From: a virus
IMG/VR virus record: IMGVR_UViG_3300036770_004485
Strand: one strand, 5' to 3'
DNA: 64,000 nucleotides
The notes beneath the pieces were generated by a model, which made no database searches, was not told the DNA's origin, and saw nothing but the letters and a program-made list of their open reading frames with translations. This document shows positions 9,301 through 17,931 of this stretch, one piece after another (within the stretch, counting starts at the first letter, position 1; every line of letters starts with the position of its first letter). Made by a program: the position numbers and the translations under genes.

Positions 9301-11792
9301 GAGAAGAAAGACTCCAAAGTTACAGTTTTTTCAACAGACCATCCAATAGCATCAAGAATTGTTTTTAGTGGTTCTAAAAATGCTTTTTCAAATTGAAGGT
9401 CATAATCAATGTATTGTTCTAGATCAAGTTCTTTTGGCCAATCTTGAATAAATGTCAAAACATTTTCATGGATTGGATTTGGTTTTTTCAAATAACAGAA
9501 CTTGATTTTTTCCCCATTTTGAATGAGAGAATATTTGTGTGTTAATTTTTTCTGTTTTATGTAGTAATTGAAAAGAAGTGCCCCACGAACATGAATAGGA
9601 GTTCCTTTTTCGTAAATTGAGTTTACTGATCTATACTTTTCAACATCAGAAACGGAACGAGGAAATGAAACTTCTTCTGGTTTGAGAGACTTGAATTCTT
9701 TTTTACACGTTGATACAAAATTAATTATATCATCTTCCGATCCATTCATCATAATTTTGAAAGAATCCTTTAGCATCTTTCGGCATGGTGCAGGAGTTGA
9801 TGATTTGACTGCTTCAATACCCATTACCTTTAGTTTCGGAGATTCATAACGAACTCCTTCGCTGTCCCAAACGTTGAGGATATAACGTTTCTTAGCAGTC
9901 CAGATTCCACGATCAGCAATGTTCTCTCGCTTCATCTGCATCTTTTGATCATATGCATTCACATATTCTGCCAGTTCTTTATAAGAACTTTCAATATATT
10001 TTTCAAGTTCCATTGCACAGATCTTATCAAGGAACGAAACAATGCTTTCAGTAGTTTTTTCTCTTCCCTGGTATACAGTTTTGACCAAAGGGCCCATATT
10101 GAGATAGATAGAATCAGTATCTGAAGCAATAACATAATCTTCACCCTCTGTTTTGAGAATATTATTTAAGTAGACATTCATTTTATTTTCAATCCACCTA
10201 ATTGATGCCTGACCAGAAAGTGTAATTGCTTCTGCATTTTCAAGTTTATAATATCGAAAATACTGATTACCAATTGCACCATAGGCAGAATTGAGTTGAA
10301 TCTTTCTTGCCATTTGAATGTTATTGCAACGAGCAATTTCTTTTTCAAGTTCTATCGTAGGAGTTTTTTCATACTGCTGTTTGGCAGCAATCATCTTCTT
10401 TTTGTAGATGGTACGATCTTCATAGATTTTTTCCATCAATTCTGGAAGAAATCCACGAAACTTTTTAGTATACATTGCACCATTGGCAGCAGTGGCATAC
10501 TTACCATCAGCAATAAAAGTCCCCGATAAGATTTTGTCCACAGAGCAACTTGGATGAGGAGTGTCCAAAAGAGTCTCTGGAGAAATGTTATATTGCATGA
10601 TGAGATGCGGATACAGACTATTCAAGTCAAAAGATACGACCCAATCATAACTACCTGGTTTAGGTTCTTTTACATATGCTCCTTCATACTTTTCATCCTT
10701 TGATGACTTTTTCTTTTGAGGAATGACAATGTTTCTTTTTTTGAGATAATTGTAGATAATAGAATCCCACATTCGGACTTGATAAAACACATCGGTAAAA
10801 TTTGCCTTTGCATCATATGCCATTGTAATAGCAAGTTCAATTAGTTTCATCTTGTCTTCCAAGCGGTCAACAAGTTCTACGTCAATAATGTTATACTCAA
10901 CAAACTTTTGCCAATTTCCTGTATAAAATTCTTTGAAGGTATCAAATTCAGAGTGATCAAGTTTTTTCTGACCAAGTTCAACCTCTGCAATATGATCTAG
11001 ACGATAAGATTCCTGGTTTGTATAAGTAAATTTCTTATACAAATCAAGATAATCCAGCTGAGTCACGCCACCAATATCCAAAGATTTGTGACAACGACCT
11101 TTGATGTATACTTCCTGTTCTGTGACAAGACCCCAAGGAGAAAGTCTTTTCATTCTTTTTTCGCCAAGAACACGTTTGAGACGACCACCAATGTATGGCA
11201 TATCAAATAACTGAATATTCCATCCAGTTATTACTTCTGGTGTCTGTTGTTCCCAATAAGAAATAAATTTTTCTAAAAGATCATGCTCATTGTTGCAGAC
11301 AATATATAAGAGATCTTTTCTTTGAGTCTTAAATGGTTTTACACCCCAAGTAATAATTTTCTTGGAGGCATAATCTTGTATTGTAATCGTAAGAAGTTCT
11401 TCGGAGCAAGTATTTACATCAGGAAATCCTTCCTCAGAAGTTGTTTCAATGTCAAGAGTTACAAGTTTGATTTTTGACATATCAAACTTGATTTCTTCTT
11501 CTGGATATTTTTCAGAAATATACTGATAAATGTAACGCTCATTGCCATAGATGTTGAACCCATCAACATCTTTATATTTTTCCAAAAACTCACGACAATC
11601 TTTGACATAACCTGGTTGAATAGGTTCTACAGTCTTACCATCTAAAGTTTTGTATTTTCCTTTTTCACTCTTTGAATCCACAAAAAGTGTTGGTTTGAAC
11701 TCATCTCTTAGAGAGAAATGTTCTCCATTATCATAACCACGAACGAGAAATTGATTCCCGACAAGTTGAACGTTAGTGTAAAATCGCATCAA
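9297..11792 (-). CDS. gp43: Family B DNA polymerase gp43
   Basis: ExoI LDIET; motif A FDLNSLYP; motif B KIQLNSAYG; motif C SDTDS; uninterrupted 831 aa. Confidence 0.98.
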   Translation of the reverse strand: MMRFYTNVQLVGNQFLVRGYDNGEHFSLRDEFKPTLFVDSKSEKGKYKTLDGKTVEPIQPGYVKDCREFLEKYKDVDGFNIYGNERYIYQYISEKYPEEEIKFDMSKIKLVTLDIETTSEEGFPDVNTCSEELLTITIQDYASKKIITWGVKPFKTQRKDLLYIVCNNEHDLLEKFISYWEQQTPEVITGWNIQLFDMPYIGGRLKRVLGEKRMKRLSPWGLVTEQEVYIKGRCHKSLDIGGVTQLDYLDLYKKFTYTNQESYRLDHIAEVELGQKKLDHSEFDTFKEFYTGNWQKFVEYNIIDVELVDRLEDKMKLIELAITMAYDAKANFTDVFYQVRMWDSIIYNYLKKRNIVIPQKKKSSKDEKYEGAYVKEPKPGSYDWVVSFDLNSLYPHLIMQYNISPETLLDTPHPSCSVDKILSGTFIADGKYATAANGAMYTKKFRGFLPELMEKIYEDRTIYKKKMIAAKQQYEKTPTIELEKEIARCNNIQMARKIQLNSAYGAIGNQYFRYYKLENAEAITLSGQASIRWIENKMNVYLNNILKTEGEDYVIASDTDSIYLNMGPLVKTVYQGREKTTESIVSFLDKICAMELEKYIESSYKELAEYVNAYDQKMQMKRENIADRGIWTAKKRYILNVWDSEGVRYESPKLKVMGIEAVKSSTPAPCRKMLKDSFKIMMNGSEDDIINFVSTCKKEFKSLKPEEVSFPRSVSDVEKYRSVNSIYEKGTPIHVRGALLFNYYIKQKKLTHKYSLIQNGEKIKFCYLKKPNPIHENVLTFIQDWPKELDLEQYIDYDLQFEKAFLEPLKTILDAIGWSVEKTVTLESFFS

Positions 11793-12049
11793 GAAATTAG
11801 AGACTTGTACTTTTCAAGGAGTTTGGTGTTGGGATCAACAATTGTCAAAATTTTATCTGAACTAATCATGAAGGTGTTTTGTACTGTGAAATCGATACAC
11901 CACGGTACAAGTTCGCCAGTTGATTGCACAATTACGTAGGGTTCTATAAGTTTGCAATCTGGTTCACCAAGTTCAGAACTAACTTCAATTAGTTGTGATA
12001 TCAGAATTGAATTGTTGGTCAGTAATAGAACTTTGATTTGTTTTTCCAT
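11789..12049 (-). CDS. Small beta-rich protein, putative Sm-like fold
   Basis: 86 aa; pattern shared with the 116-aa neighbour and with 28026..28421 (..P....PW....DKILTIVDP..LEKY). Confidence 0.7.
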   Translation of the reverse strand: MEKQIKVLLLTNNSILISQLIEVSSELGEPDCKLIEPYVIVQSTGELVPWCIDFTVQNTFMISSDKILTIVDPNTKLLEKYKSLIS

Positions 12050-12335
12050 TTTTTAATCCTTCTTTGTATTTTTCAACCACTTGGGGAATAGGGTCAACTA
12101 GGGTGATAATCCAATCTGGTGCTACTGGAATTTCTTTCTCTGCAGAAAGAGGAATCCATGGAGCAAAGACAATATCAATATTTTTGTTTGGAAAATATAT
12201 TGATTCTGGATCTAAAAAGCGAACTGTTGCAGGATTGCTGAACGTATATCCTACCACACGTTCGTTCATTAGAAGTTCTTTTACATCGGCAATTACATCT
12301 TCTCCCGACTTCAATACTGCAAGTTTAATGCTCAT
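11985..12335 (-). CDS. Small beta-rich protein, putative Sm-like fold
   Basis: 116 aa; VLKSGEDVIADV..NP..APWIP..DWIITLVDP..VEKY; perfect sigma70 promoter upstream. Confidence 0.75.
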   Translation of the reverse strand: MSIKLAVLKSGEDVIADVKELLMNERVVGYTFSNPATVRFLDPESIYFPNKNIDIVFAPWIPLSAEKEIPVAPDWIITLVDPIPQVVEKYKEGLKNGKTNQSSITDQQFNSDITTN

Positions 12336-12357
12336 GCATATCCTAATATCTCAAGGT

Positions 12358-12386
12358 ATTATAGCAATAAAAAAGGGAGGTGTCAA
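12358..12386 (-). promoter_or_regulatory. Perfect sigma70 promoter TTGACA-N17-TATAAT
   Basis: -35 at 12381-12386, -10 at 12358-12363; drives the Sm-like pair and gp43 operon. Confidence 0.9.
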
Positions 12387-12409
12387 CTGGATTTTGCCAG
12401 TTACCTCCC
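12369..12409 (-). terminator. Terminator after hsp20
   Basis: gggaggt..aactgg/ccagtt..acctccc bulged stem plus U6 tract; overlaps the sigma70 promoter. Confidence 0.75.
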
Positions 12410-12440
12410 GTGGCATAGCGCCGACGATATTCAATTGTAT

Positions 12441-12875
12441 TTATAGATAATCCTTTCGTGTATGATGCTCTGGAATCACTTTGCCCAAAGATACTATCAA
12501 TAGTCCATTATCAAAGGTAACATCTCGTACTTCTGTATCGTCGGAGAGAGTCCACGCCCTTTTGAAAGATCGTTGAGCCAATCCCTTATGGATGTAGTTG
12601 GCATCAGATTCTTTATCTTCTTTTTGTCCTTCAACAAAAAGTTTTCCATACTCTGTGTATACATGAACTTCCTCCTTCTTAAATCCTGCAAGTGCAAGTT
12701 CCAGACGAGATTCTACATTACTTACTTTGATGAAGTTATATGGTGGATAATTAGAACTTGTCTCATGAAGACTAAAGACACGATCAAAATAATCATCCAA
12801 TCCAATACTATTGCGAGTGATTCTATCCATTAATGATGGAAGATCCGCAGCAGTATAACGTGCAAGGTTTGTCAT
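12441..12875 (-). CDS. hsp20: Small heat-shock protein (alpha-crystallin domain)
   Basis: SSNYPPYN, LELALAGF, HKGLAQRSF, FDNGLL; likely start MTNLARY at 12875 with GGAG SD. Confidence 0.93.
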   Translation of the reverse strand: MTNLARYTAADLPSLMDRITRNSIGLDDYFDRVFSLHETSSNYPPYNFIKVSNVESRLELALAGFKKEEVHVYTEYGKLFVEGQKEDKESDANYIHKGLAQRSFKRAWTLSDDTEVRDVTFDNGLLIVSLGKVIPEHHTRKDYL

Positions 12876-12935
12876 TATGGTAGCTCCTTTGAAAGCGAGT
12901 TTGTATTTTGTGGACCCTTTCGGCATCCAATATTA

Positions 12936-12944
12936 ATTATACCA
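12936..12944 (-). promoter_or_regulatory. Extended -10 promoter TGgTATAAT for hsp20
   Basis: Immediately downstream of a terminator; no canonical -35. Confidence 0.65.
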
Positions 12945-12950
12945 AAAGAC

Positions 12951-12977
12951 AAAAAAAGACGGGTGGCGAAACCCGTC
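12951..12977 (-). terminator. Rho-independent terminator
   Basis: gacgggt-ggcgaa-acccgtc stem plus U7 tract. Confidence 0.85.
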
Positions 12978-13026
12978 CTTTAGTAGCGTATATTCCGTAT
13001 GTAGCGTGTCGCGCACGAAAGAGCGA
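12951..13026 (-). ncRNA. Candidate late small RNA (~76 nt)
   Basis: Bounded by TATAAATA (13032-13039) and a terminator; no ATG-led ORF; GUCGC/GCGAC hairpin; two ACGCUAC repeats. Confidence 0.55.
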
Positions 13027-13031
13027 CGCTT

Positions 13032-13039
13032 TATTTATA
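13032..13039 (-). promoter_or_regulatory. Late promoter TATAAATA
   Basis: Exact consensus overlapping the stop codon of the 2OG oxygenase gene. Confidence 0.75.
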
Positions 13040-13592
13040 GTTCGTTTATTAAGAAGGGGCAATTTATTCTATCGAATAGATCAAAATTATATGATATTAT
13101 TGTTTTTCTACTACCTTCATTTTTTGGTGCTCTATGAATTATATGACTAGGGAAAAAAATGATATCTCCTTCTTTAGCGTTTATTTTTGTTATTTTGTTA
13201 TTGAACGGATGAAGTATTTCAGTTTGAGGTGAATTTTTTGGAAGTTCTAAATAATAAACGCCAGTGTAATGTCCACCATGAATGTGCCATCCATGATATG
13301 ATTTGTTTTCATATTGTTGATACCAAATTGCACTTAGTTTTCCAATTTTTTGCACTCCTATCTCTAATAGAAATTTTTCTAATATTTTTTCAAATAGTGG
13401 CAAAAAATATTTTACCCATGGTCTTTCAAAATCATCTCCAACTTTCCAATCAAATTTAGTTATTGTGTCTATATAAGCATTTTTTGAATGATTATTATCA
13501 TTATGAATGCAGTCTAAGATGATTTTTTTTACTTTTTCGTGATTATCTAGCGTAAACTTACATATACAATCTTTTATAATTTGTTTTTTCAC
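13035..13592 (-). CDS. 2OG-Fe(II) oxygenase-like protein (HxH type)
   Basis: WYQQY..YHGWHIH..TGVYYL, EGDIIFFPSHIIHRA..RKTIISYN; likely GTG start at 13592 overlapping the regA TGA. Confidence 0.8.
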   Translation of the reverse strand: MKKQIIKDCICKFTLDNHEKVKKIILDCIHNDNNHSKNAYIDTITKFDWKVGDDFERPWVKYFLPLFEKILEKFLLEIGVQKIGKLSAIWYQQYENKSYHGWHIHGGHYTGVYYLELPKNSPQTEILHPFNNKITKINAKEGDIIFFPSHIIHRAPKNEGSRKTIISYNFDLFDRINCPFLINEL

Positions 13593-14017
13593 TCTTGAAC
13601 TTTTTTCTTTCCAATATTGTATTTTGTTTCCAAAGTCCATTCTTCCTTCTCTTTGAAAGAGAGAACTTTGATTTGGTTCAGAGGAGCAATTTCAGTAATA
13701 GTCTCTGCATTGACTACTTCAATAAGACCCCAATCAGATAGTAACTGAGTAATACGATTACGACGCTGAACATCGTTCGGAGTAAGATTTGCATGTTTAC
13801 CATCCAAAGCAAACAACTCTTTGAAATGAACGATAAAATATCGACCCTGTTTATGCAAAATATGACAGGATTGATACAGTTTCTTCTCTTTACGAGATGC
13901 AACACCAATACGTGTCAGAGTTTCTCTAACTTTGAGAAAGTCATCTGGTTCTCTCAAAATTACTTCAATCATTTGGTCTTGTGACCACTTCACTTCAGGT
14001 TCTCTCACCGTACTCAT
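13589..14017 (-). CDS. regA: Translational repressor RegA
   Basis: PDDFLKVRETLTRIGVAS, LYQSCHILHKQGRYFIVHFKELFALDG. Confidence 0.96.
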   Translation of the reverse strand: MSTVREPEVKWSQDQMIEVILREPDDFLKVRETLTRIGVASRKEKKLYQSCHILHKQGRYFIVHFKELFALDGKHANLTPNDVQRRNRITQLLSDWGLIEVVNAETITEIAPLNQIKVLSFKEKEEWTLETKYNIGKKKVQE

Positions 14018-14388
14018 TTTCTTCCTCCAGTTTCAAGTTTTTGTCTGATGTAATTGAGTTGTTGTTTAGATAAAATTCTGAGTGCTTGTGATGCTTTCTC
14101 ATTGCTATAACCATAATATTGTTTTACAATATCAAGGTCTTCTATTTTATCCTTTTTGATCCAAGGAGAAAATCTCTTCCTTTTCCTCAGACTATTTAGA
14201 TAAAACTGATATTGCATATCTTTATCTAAGTGATGATTAATATTCATCTCGTTCACAAACAATACACAATCAATGTGTCCAGAAAGGCAACGATTGACAA
14301 TGTAAGGAGGATAAGATCGGATATTCTCTGGTTCAGCAATATCTTCCTTTGTGAAGTTGATAGAATTAAGCCAATCTTTCAGTTCCAT
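14014..14388 (-). CDS. gp62: Clamp loader small subunit gp62
   Basis: LKDWLNSIN, YPPYIVNR, YYGYSNEKA; likely start MELKD at 14388. Confidence 0.92.
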   Translation of the reverse strand: MELKDWLNSINFTKEDIAEPENIRSYPPYIVNRCLSGHIDCVLFVNEMNINHHLDKDMQYQFYLNSLRKRKRFSPWIKKDKIEDLDIVKQYYGYSNEKASQALRILSKQQLNYIRQKLETGGRK

Positions 14389-15205
14389 AATTAAATAACA
14401 AAAGTTCCTTACGTTCTTTTTGCTCGCGCATGTATTCACCAACAGATCGCATGGTATAGGTCAAATCAAATTCCGCCGCTTTCCAGTTTTTGAATCTATC
14501 TTTTACCAATTGATCTGAATTATAACTAATCATCTGATGCATACGACAAGAATCGCAATCAGTAGCAAACTTATCGTGATCAAATCCTTTGTGCATTGAT
14601 CCTTTGTTCCCATAGAGATTGTCCTTAATGTCATAAGGAGGATCCAAATACAGAAAAGCATCCATATTGTCATCCATCAAATAATCGTATGAGTAATTAG
14701 TTATTCTCCAGTTTGCAATTAGTTTGGAGTATTCTGGTAATTTTTCAATGCCGCGTATACTAAAGTTGCTGTTGGACGCTTGTTGTGAAAATGATGAGCT
14801 CTCTGTAAGGCCACTGAAACTGCACTTATTGACAACGTAGAAAGCCACAGCACGATCGAGATTAGACAGAAGTGGTTCATTTACAAATACCTTTGAATGA
14901 TAAAATAATACTTTTGCTTTGTCTGGAGTATTATTTTTTGACTTTAGATCTAGCAACTTATCTTTCATTTCAGGTCCAAACATCTGGAGTTGCTGCCAGA
15001 AGTTTACCAATGGTTCATATAAGTCATTTACCCATATTTTGATGTCTGGGTATTTTTTAGTAATATGAATCGCAACGCTTCCTCCACCAAGAAATGGTTC
15101 ACGAAACTCATTGTAGTTACGGAGGTCTGGAAAGTATTGATCCATCTTGGTGCAAGCACGGGACTTGCCTCCAGGATAGCGAAGAGGTGTTTTGAGTGAT
15201 TTCAT
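14366..15205 (-). CDS. dam: DNA adenine methyltransferase (D12/Dam class)
   Basis: LRYPGGKS, EPFLGGGSV, NDL, YLDPPY; likely start MKSLKT at 15205. Target site not determinable from sequence. Confidence 0.88.
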   Translation of the reverse strand: MKSLKTPLRYPGGKSRACTKMDQYFPDLRNYNEFREPFLGGGSVAIHITKKYPDIKIWVNDLYEPLVNFWQQLQMFGPEMKDKLLDLKSKNNTPDKAKVLFYHSKVFVNEPLLSNLDRAVAFYVVNKCSFSGLTESSSFSQQASNSNFSIRGIEKLPEYSKLIANWRITNYSYDYLMDDNMDAFLYLDPPYDIKDNLYGNKGSMHKGFDHDKFATDCDSCRMHQMISYNSDQLVKDRFKNWKAAEFDLTYTMRSVGEYMREQKERKELLLFNYGTERLA

Positions 15206-15741
15206 GAGTAAGTTACTGTCATAACAATTCTCCTGCATCCAGGTGTTGGTTGATGAATGGAATGAAGAGCGCAATCAAATGTTATTATATCATCTTCTGA
15301 CGGAAAATGGGTCTTTTTTTGACCATCAAAAAAGACATCAATTTGTCCACCAGAAAATTTATTGAGGTAGAAAATCAAATTTTTATGTTCAAAATCATCA
15401 TGATCTAAGTGAGGAACACTTGGATTTCCATCATAATAATGAACACAATTTATACCAATCCTGTGTATAAATTTTGCATTTAGATTATTCTCTCTGAAGA
15501 TTTGAGTTACAACGATATCGCATAATTGCACTAAATCAGACCTTGGAACTGAAACATGAATTCCATTTGATGGACTTGGACCTGATAAAACTTCATGCAT
15601 ATAAATTGGATTGTTTGTATATCCATCCAAATTGGTCTTCGTACATGTTTCATGATAATGCCAAGGAAAATATGGACCTAAAACTTTCTGCTTTAGGTCA
15701 ACATATTCTTTAGTTTTCGGATTCTTCAGTAAATTTATCAT
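15202..15741 (-). CDS. 2OG-Fe(II) oxygenase (prolyl-hydroxylase-like)
   Basis: PHLDHD..KNLIFYLN..GG..HSIH..RRIVM = HxD...H...R. Confidence 0.8.
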   Translation of the reverse strand: MINLLKNPKTKEYVDLKQKVLGPYFPWHYHETCTKTNLDGYTNNPIYMHEVLSGPSPSNGIHVSVPRSDLVQLCDIVVTQIFRENNLNAKFIHRIGINCVHYYDGNPSVPHLDHDDFEHKNLIFYLNKFSGGQIDVFFDGQKKTHFPSEDDIITFDCALHSIHQPTPGCRRIVMTVTYS

Positions 15742-15898
15742 AGTCTGGTTCGTGATACTTCAAAAATTCACGAAAGGTCAATTTCATTTCCTTTTGTGTC
15801 ATACCACAATGAGTGGCGGCGGCAGGAAGATTCATTGTGGACCGAAATAATCCCCAATTTGCCTCTGCTACAGTTTTAGGATTAGTTTTACTACTCAC
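15710..15898 (-). CDS. Small conserved protein, possible HTH
   Basis: 62 aa; MNLPAAATHCGMTQKEMKLTFREF resembles a helix-turn-helix. Confidence 0.65.
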   Translation of the reverse strand: MSSKTNPKTVAEANWGLFRSTMNLPAAATHCGMTQKEMKLTFREFLKYHEPDYDKFTEESEN

Positions 15899-16839
15899 TT
15901 GAATTCACACTCACACATGATTTCTGTCAGAGCAGCAAGAACATTTACTTCTTGATCAGCAACGAAGGCAATTTGATACTGATACTTAGCAATAACAAGC
16001 ACAGCAGCAGGAATGCTAGGGTTCTCAAGGGCATCAAGAAGAGCATCGTAAAGACGACGGAGAAGTACAGCAGGATCATTGTCCAGATTAGCAACGACCC
16101 ATTTCCTAACCTCCGTAAAGTTTTTTTCTTTGAGACATTTAATGAGATCATTGATCTTTACATCAGAAAATTCAGCAAGAATAGCAGAGTCAATTACTCC
16201 ACCAGCAGCATACCGTTGGCATTCATTTAGAACACGACGCCAATCTGGGAAATGCTTGTTGATTAGTTGAACAAGAACTTTTGGATCATACTCAATTTTT
16301 TCCTGATCCAAAATCGTTTGGAGACGTTTGAAAAAGTTTCCTGCGATAACTGGACGTTGTTTGGCAGCGATACTAAACTCAATGACTGCACATCGAGAAT
16401 GGAGTGGTTCAATGATTTTGTTTTTGTAGTTGCAGGTAAAAATGAATCGACAGTTGTTATAAAACGCCTCAATATTTGCCCGTAACAAGAGTTGTACGTC
16501 GTGGGTTGTGTTATCTGCCTCATCAATAATGATGACTTTGTGTTTACCAGTTGCTTGAAGTGATAAGGTCGAAGCAAAGTTTTTTGCTTGGTTCCGTACC
16601 GTGTCCAAAAATCGTCCTTCGTCAGATCCATTGATAATAATGTAATCACATCCTAGTTGTTCGCAAAGTGCCCTGGCAATGGTTGTTTTACCACAACCAG
16701 CAGGACCAGAAAGAAGAAGGTTGGGAATCTCTCCCTTATCTACAAACTCCTGAAAAGTAGATTTGATAGAGTCGGGGAGGATACAATCCTCAACCTTTTT
16801 GGGGCGATATTTTTCAACCCAAAGGAAATCACTCTTCAT
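15895..16839 (-). CDS. gp44: Clamp loader large subunit gp44 (AAA+)
   Basis: LWVEKYRP, GPAGCGKT, IIIDEAD, PLHSRC; likely start MKSDFL at 16839. Confidence 0.96.
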   Translation of the reverse strand: MKSDFLWVEKYRPKKVEDCILPDSIKSTFQEFVDKGEIPNLLLSGPAGCGKTTIARALCEQLGCDYIIINGSDEGRFLDTVRNQAKNFASTLSLQATGKHKVIIIDEADNTTHDVQLLLRANIEAFYNNCRFIFTCNYKNKIIEPLHSRCAVIEFSIAAKQRPVIAGNFFKRLQTILDQEKIEYDPKVLVQLINKHFPDWRRVLNECQRYAAGGVIDSAILAEFSDVKINDLIKCLKEKNFTEVRKWVVANLDNDPAVLLRRLYDALLDALENPSIPAAVLVIAKYQYQIAFVADQEVNVLAALTEIMCECEFK

Positions 16840-17515
16840 ACTTGGTATCTTCAAGGGCAATGAAATAAGTCAGGTCACGATCTTTGCTAGTAAACCTAGA
16901 AAGACCTGCCTTAGATACTACCACATCATAAGTTCCAGGAATGAGTTTGATGTTCTCAACTTTGAAGTTGAATTCAAAGGTGCTAATAGTTTCTCCAACT
17001 ACAATTGAGAAATCATTGGAGGTTTCGTTCTTCTTGTCACGGACAACCAGTTTAACCACGCCTGCCTCACCGACTGCAGAAAAATCGGGCAACTGATAGA
17101 CCGCTGCTGCCTTCAGAAGACGATCTAGGTTTTGAGTAGAGAGGACAAAGCACACGTCCTCTGAGGGCAGTGTGAGGGTCTTCTCAGGGGGCGAAATGAT
17201 GACATTGGGATCAGCAAAGAAATACTTGGACCGTGACTTACCTTCACGAATCACAACGTAATTATCATTCTCAAAGTCCAGTTCTGGATCTTTGTGAAGG
17301 GACATACCATTCAGAAATTGGTTCAAATCATAGATTCCAAAATCCTTTGGAAGTTCCTCAGTAATAGTTGCTTCGGCAAGAATATTTTTCATTACCGAAA
17401 TAGTACGAATAGAGTTACCCTGTTTGAACATCAGAGATTGATTGATGTTACTGAAGTTCTTCAGCAGAGTAACAGTGGAGTCAGAAAGTTTCATAGTTTG
17501 AGGTTTCAGTTTCAT
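16829..17515 (-). CDS. gp45: Sliding clamp gp45
   Basis: MKLS..TVTLLKNFSNINQS, FGIYDLNQFL; position next to gp44. Confidence 0.94.
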   Translation of the reverse strand: MKLKPQTMKLSDSTVTLLKNFSNINQSLMFKQGNSIRTISVMKNILAEATITEELPKDFGIYDLNQFLNGMSLHKDPELDFENDNYVVIREGKSRSKYFFADPNVIISPPEKTLTLPSEDVCFVLSTQNLDRLLKAAAVYQLPDFSAVGEAGVVKLVVRDKKNETSNDFSIVVGETISTFEFNFKVENIKLIPGTYDVVVSKAGLSRFTSKDRDLTYFIALEDTKYEE

Positions 17516-17517
17516 AA

Positions 17518-17931
17518 TCAACGAAATTCAGAAAGACCATTATCTTTGCGGGAATAATGACCATCAAAGTGAAGAAGAAGCATAGCATAATGAATGACTT
17601 TCATCAAGTCACGCTTATTTCGTCCATCCTTATCACCATAGCGACTGCCGTATTTTAGGATATTTGCTTGACAAAATCCAGGAGCAAGATCTTTGGCAGC
17701 CATCAAATCAATTGTTTGAATGTCTTTGTAGTCTTGATTGTGTCCGCAGTAATGACTGCCATAAGTGCTAGTTACATATTCTTCAATATCTTTAAGAATC
17801 TTATCTTCATTGTACTTCCAAAGATGGTTGGTTGGTTCGTTCATAACGGGCGTTTTTGTCAAATTAAGCATTCCTGTCTTTTGATTTTGAGACAGAATGA
17901 ATTCGTATTGTGAATAAGGATGCTCGTCCAT
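17518..17931 (-). CDS. DUF3310 / T7 gp1.7-like protein (possible nucleotide kinase)
   Basis: SHY..IQTID..GFCQANILKYGSRYGDKDG..DLMKVIHY pattern. Confidence 0.6.
   Translation of the reverse strand: MDEHPYSQYEFILSQNQKTGMLNLTKTPVMNEPTNHLWKYNEDKILKDIEEYVTSTYGSHYCGHNQDYKDIQTIDLMAAKDLAPGFCQANILKYGSRYGDKDGRNKRDLMKVIHYAMLLLHFDGHYSRKDNGLSEFR

Noticed and set aside
9297-11792. Possible intron, intein or homing endonuclease in gp43 (also checked gp41, gp17, gp20, gp23)
   Set aside because: Frames are continuous, lengths are normal, and I saw no intein splice motifs or LAGLIDADG/HNH/GIY-YIG signatures.
14366-15205. Assigning GATC as the methylase target
   Set aside because: GATC sites look common in the window, which is compatible with GATC methylation, but specificity cannot be read from motifs alone; it needs a methylome.
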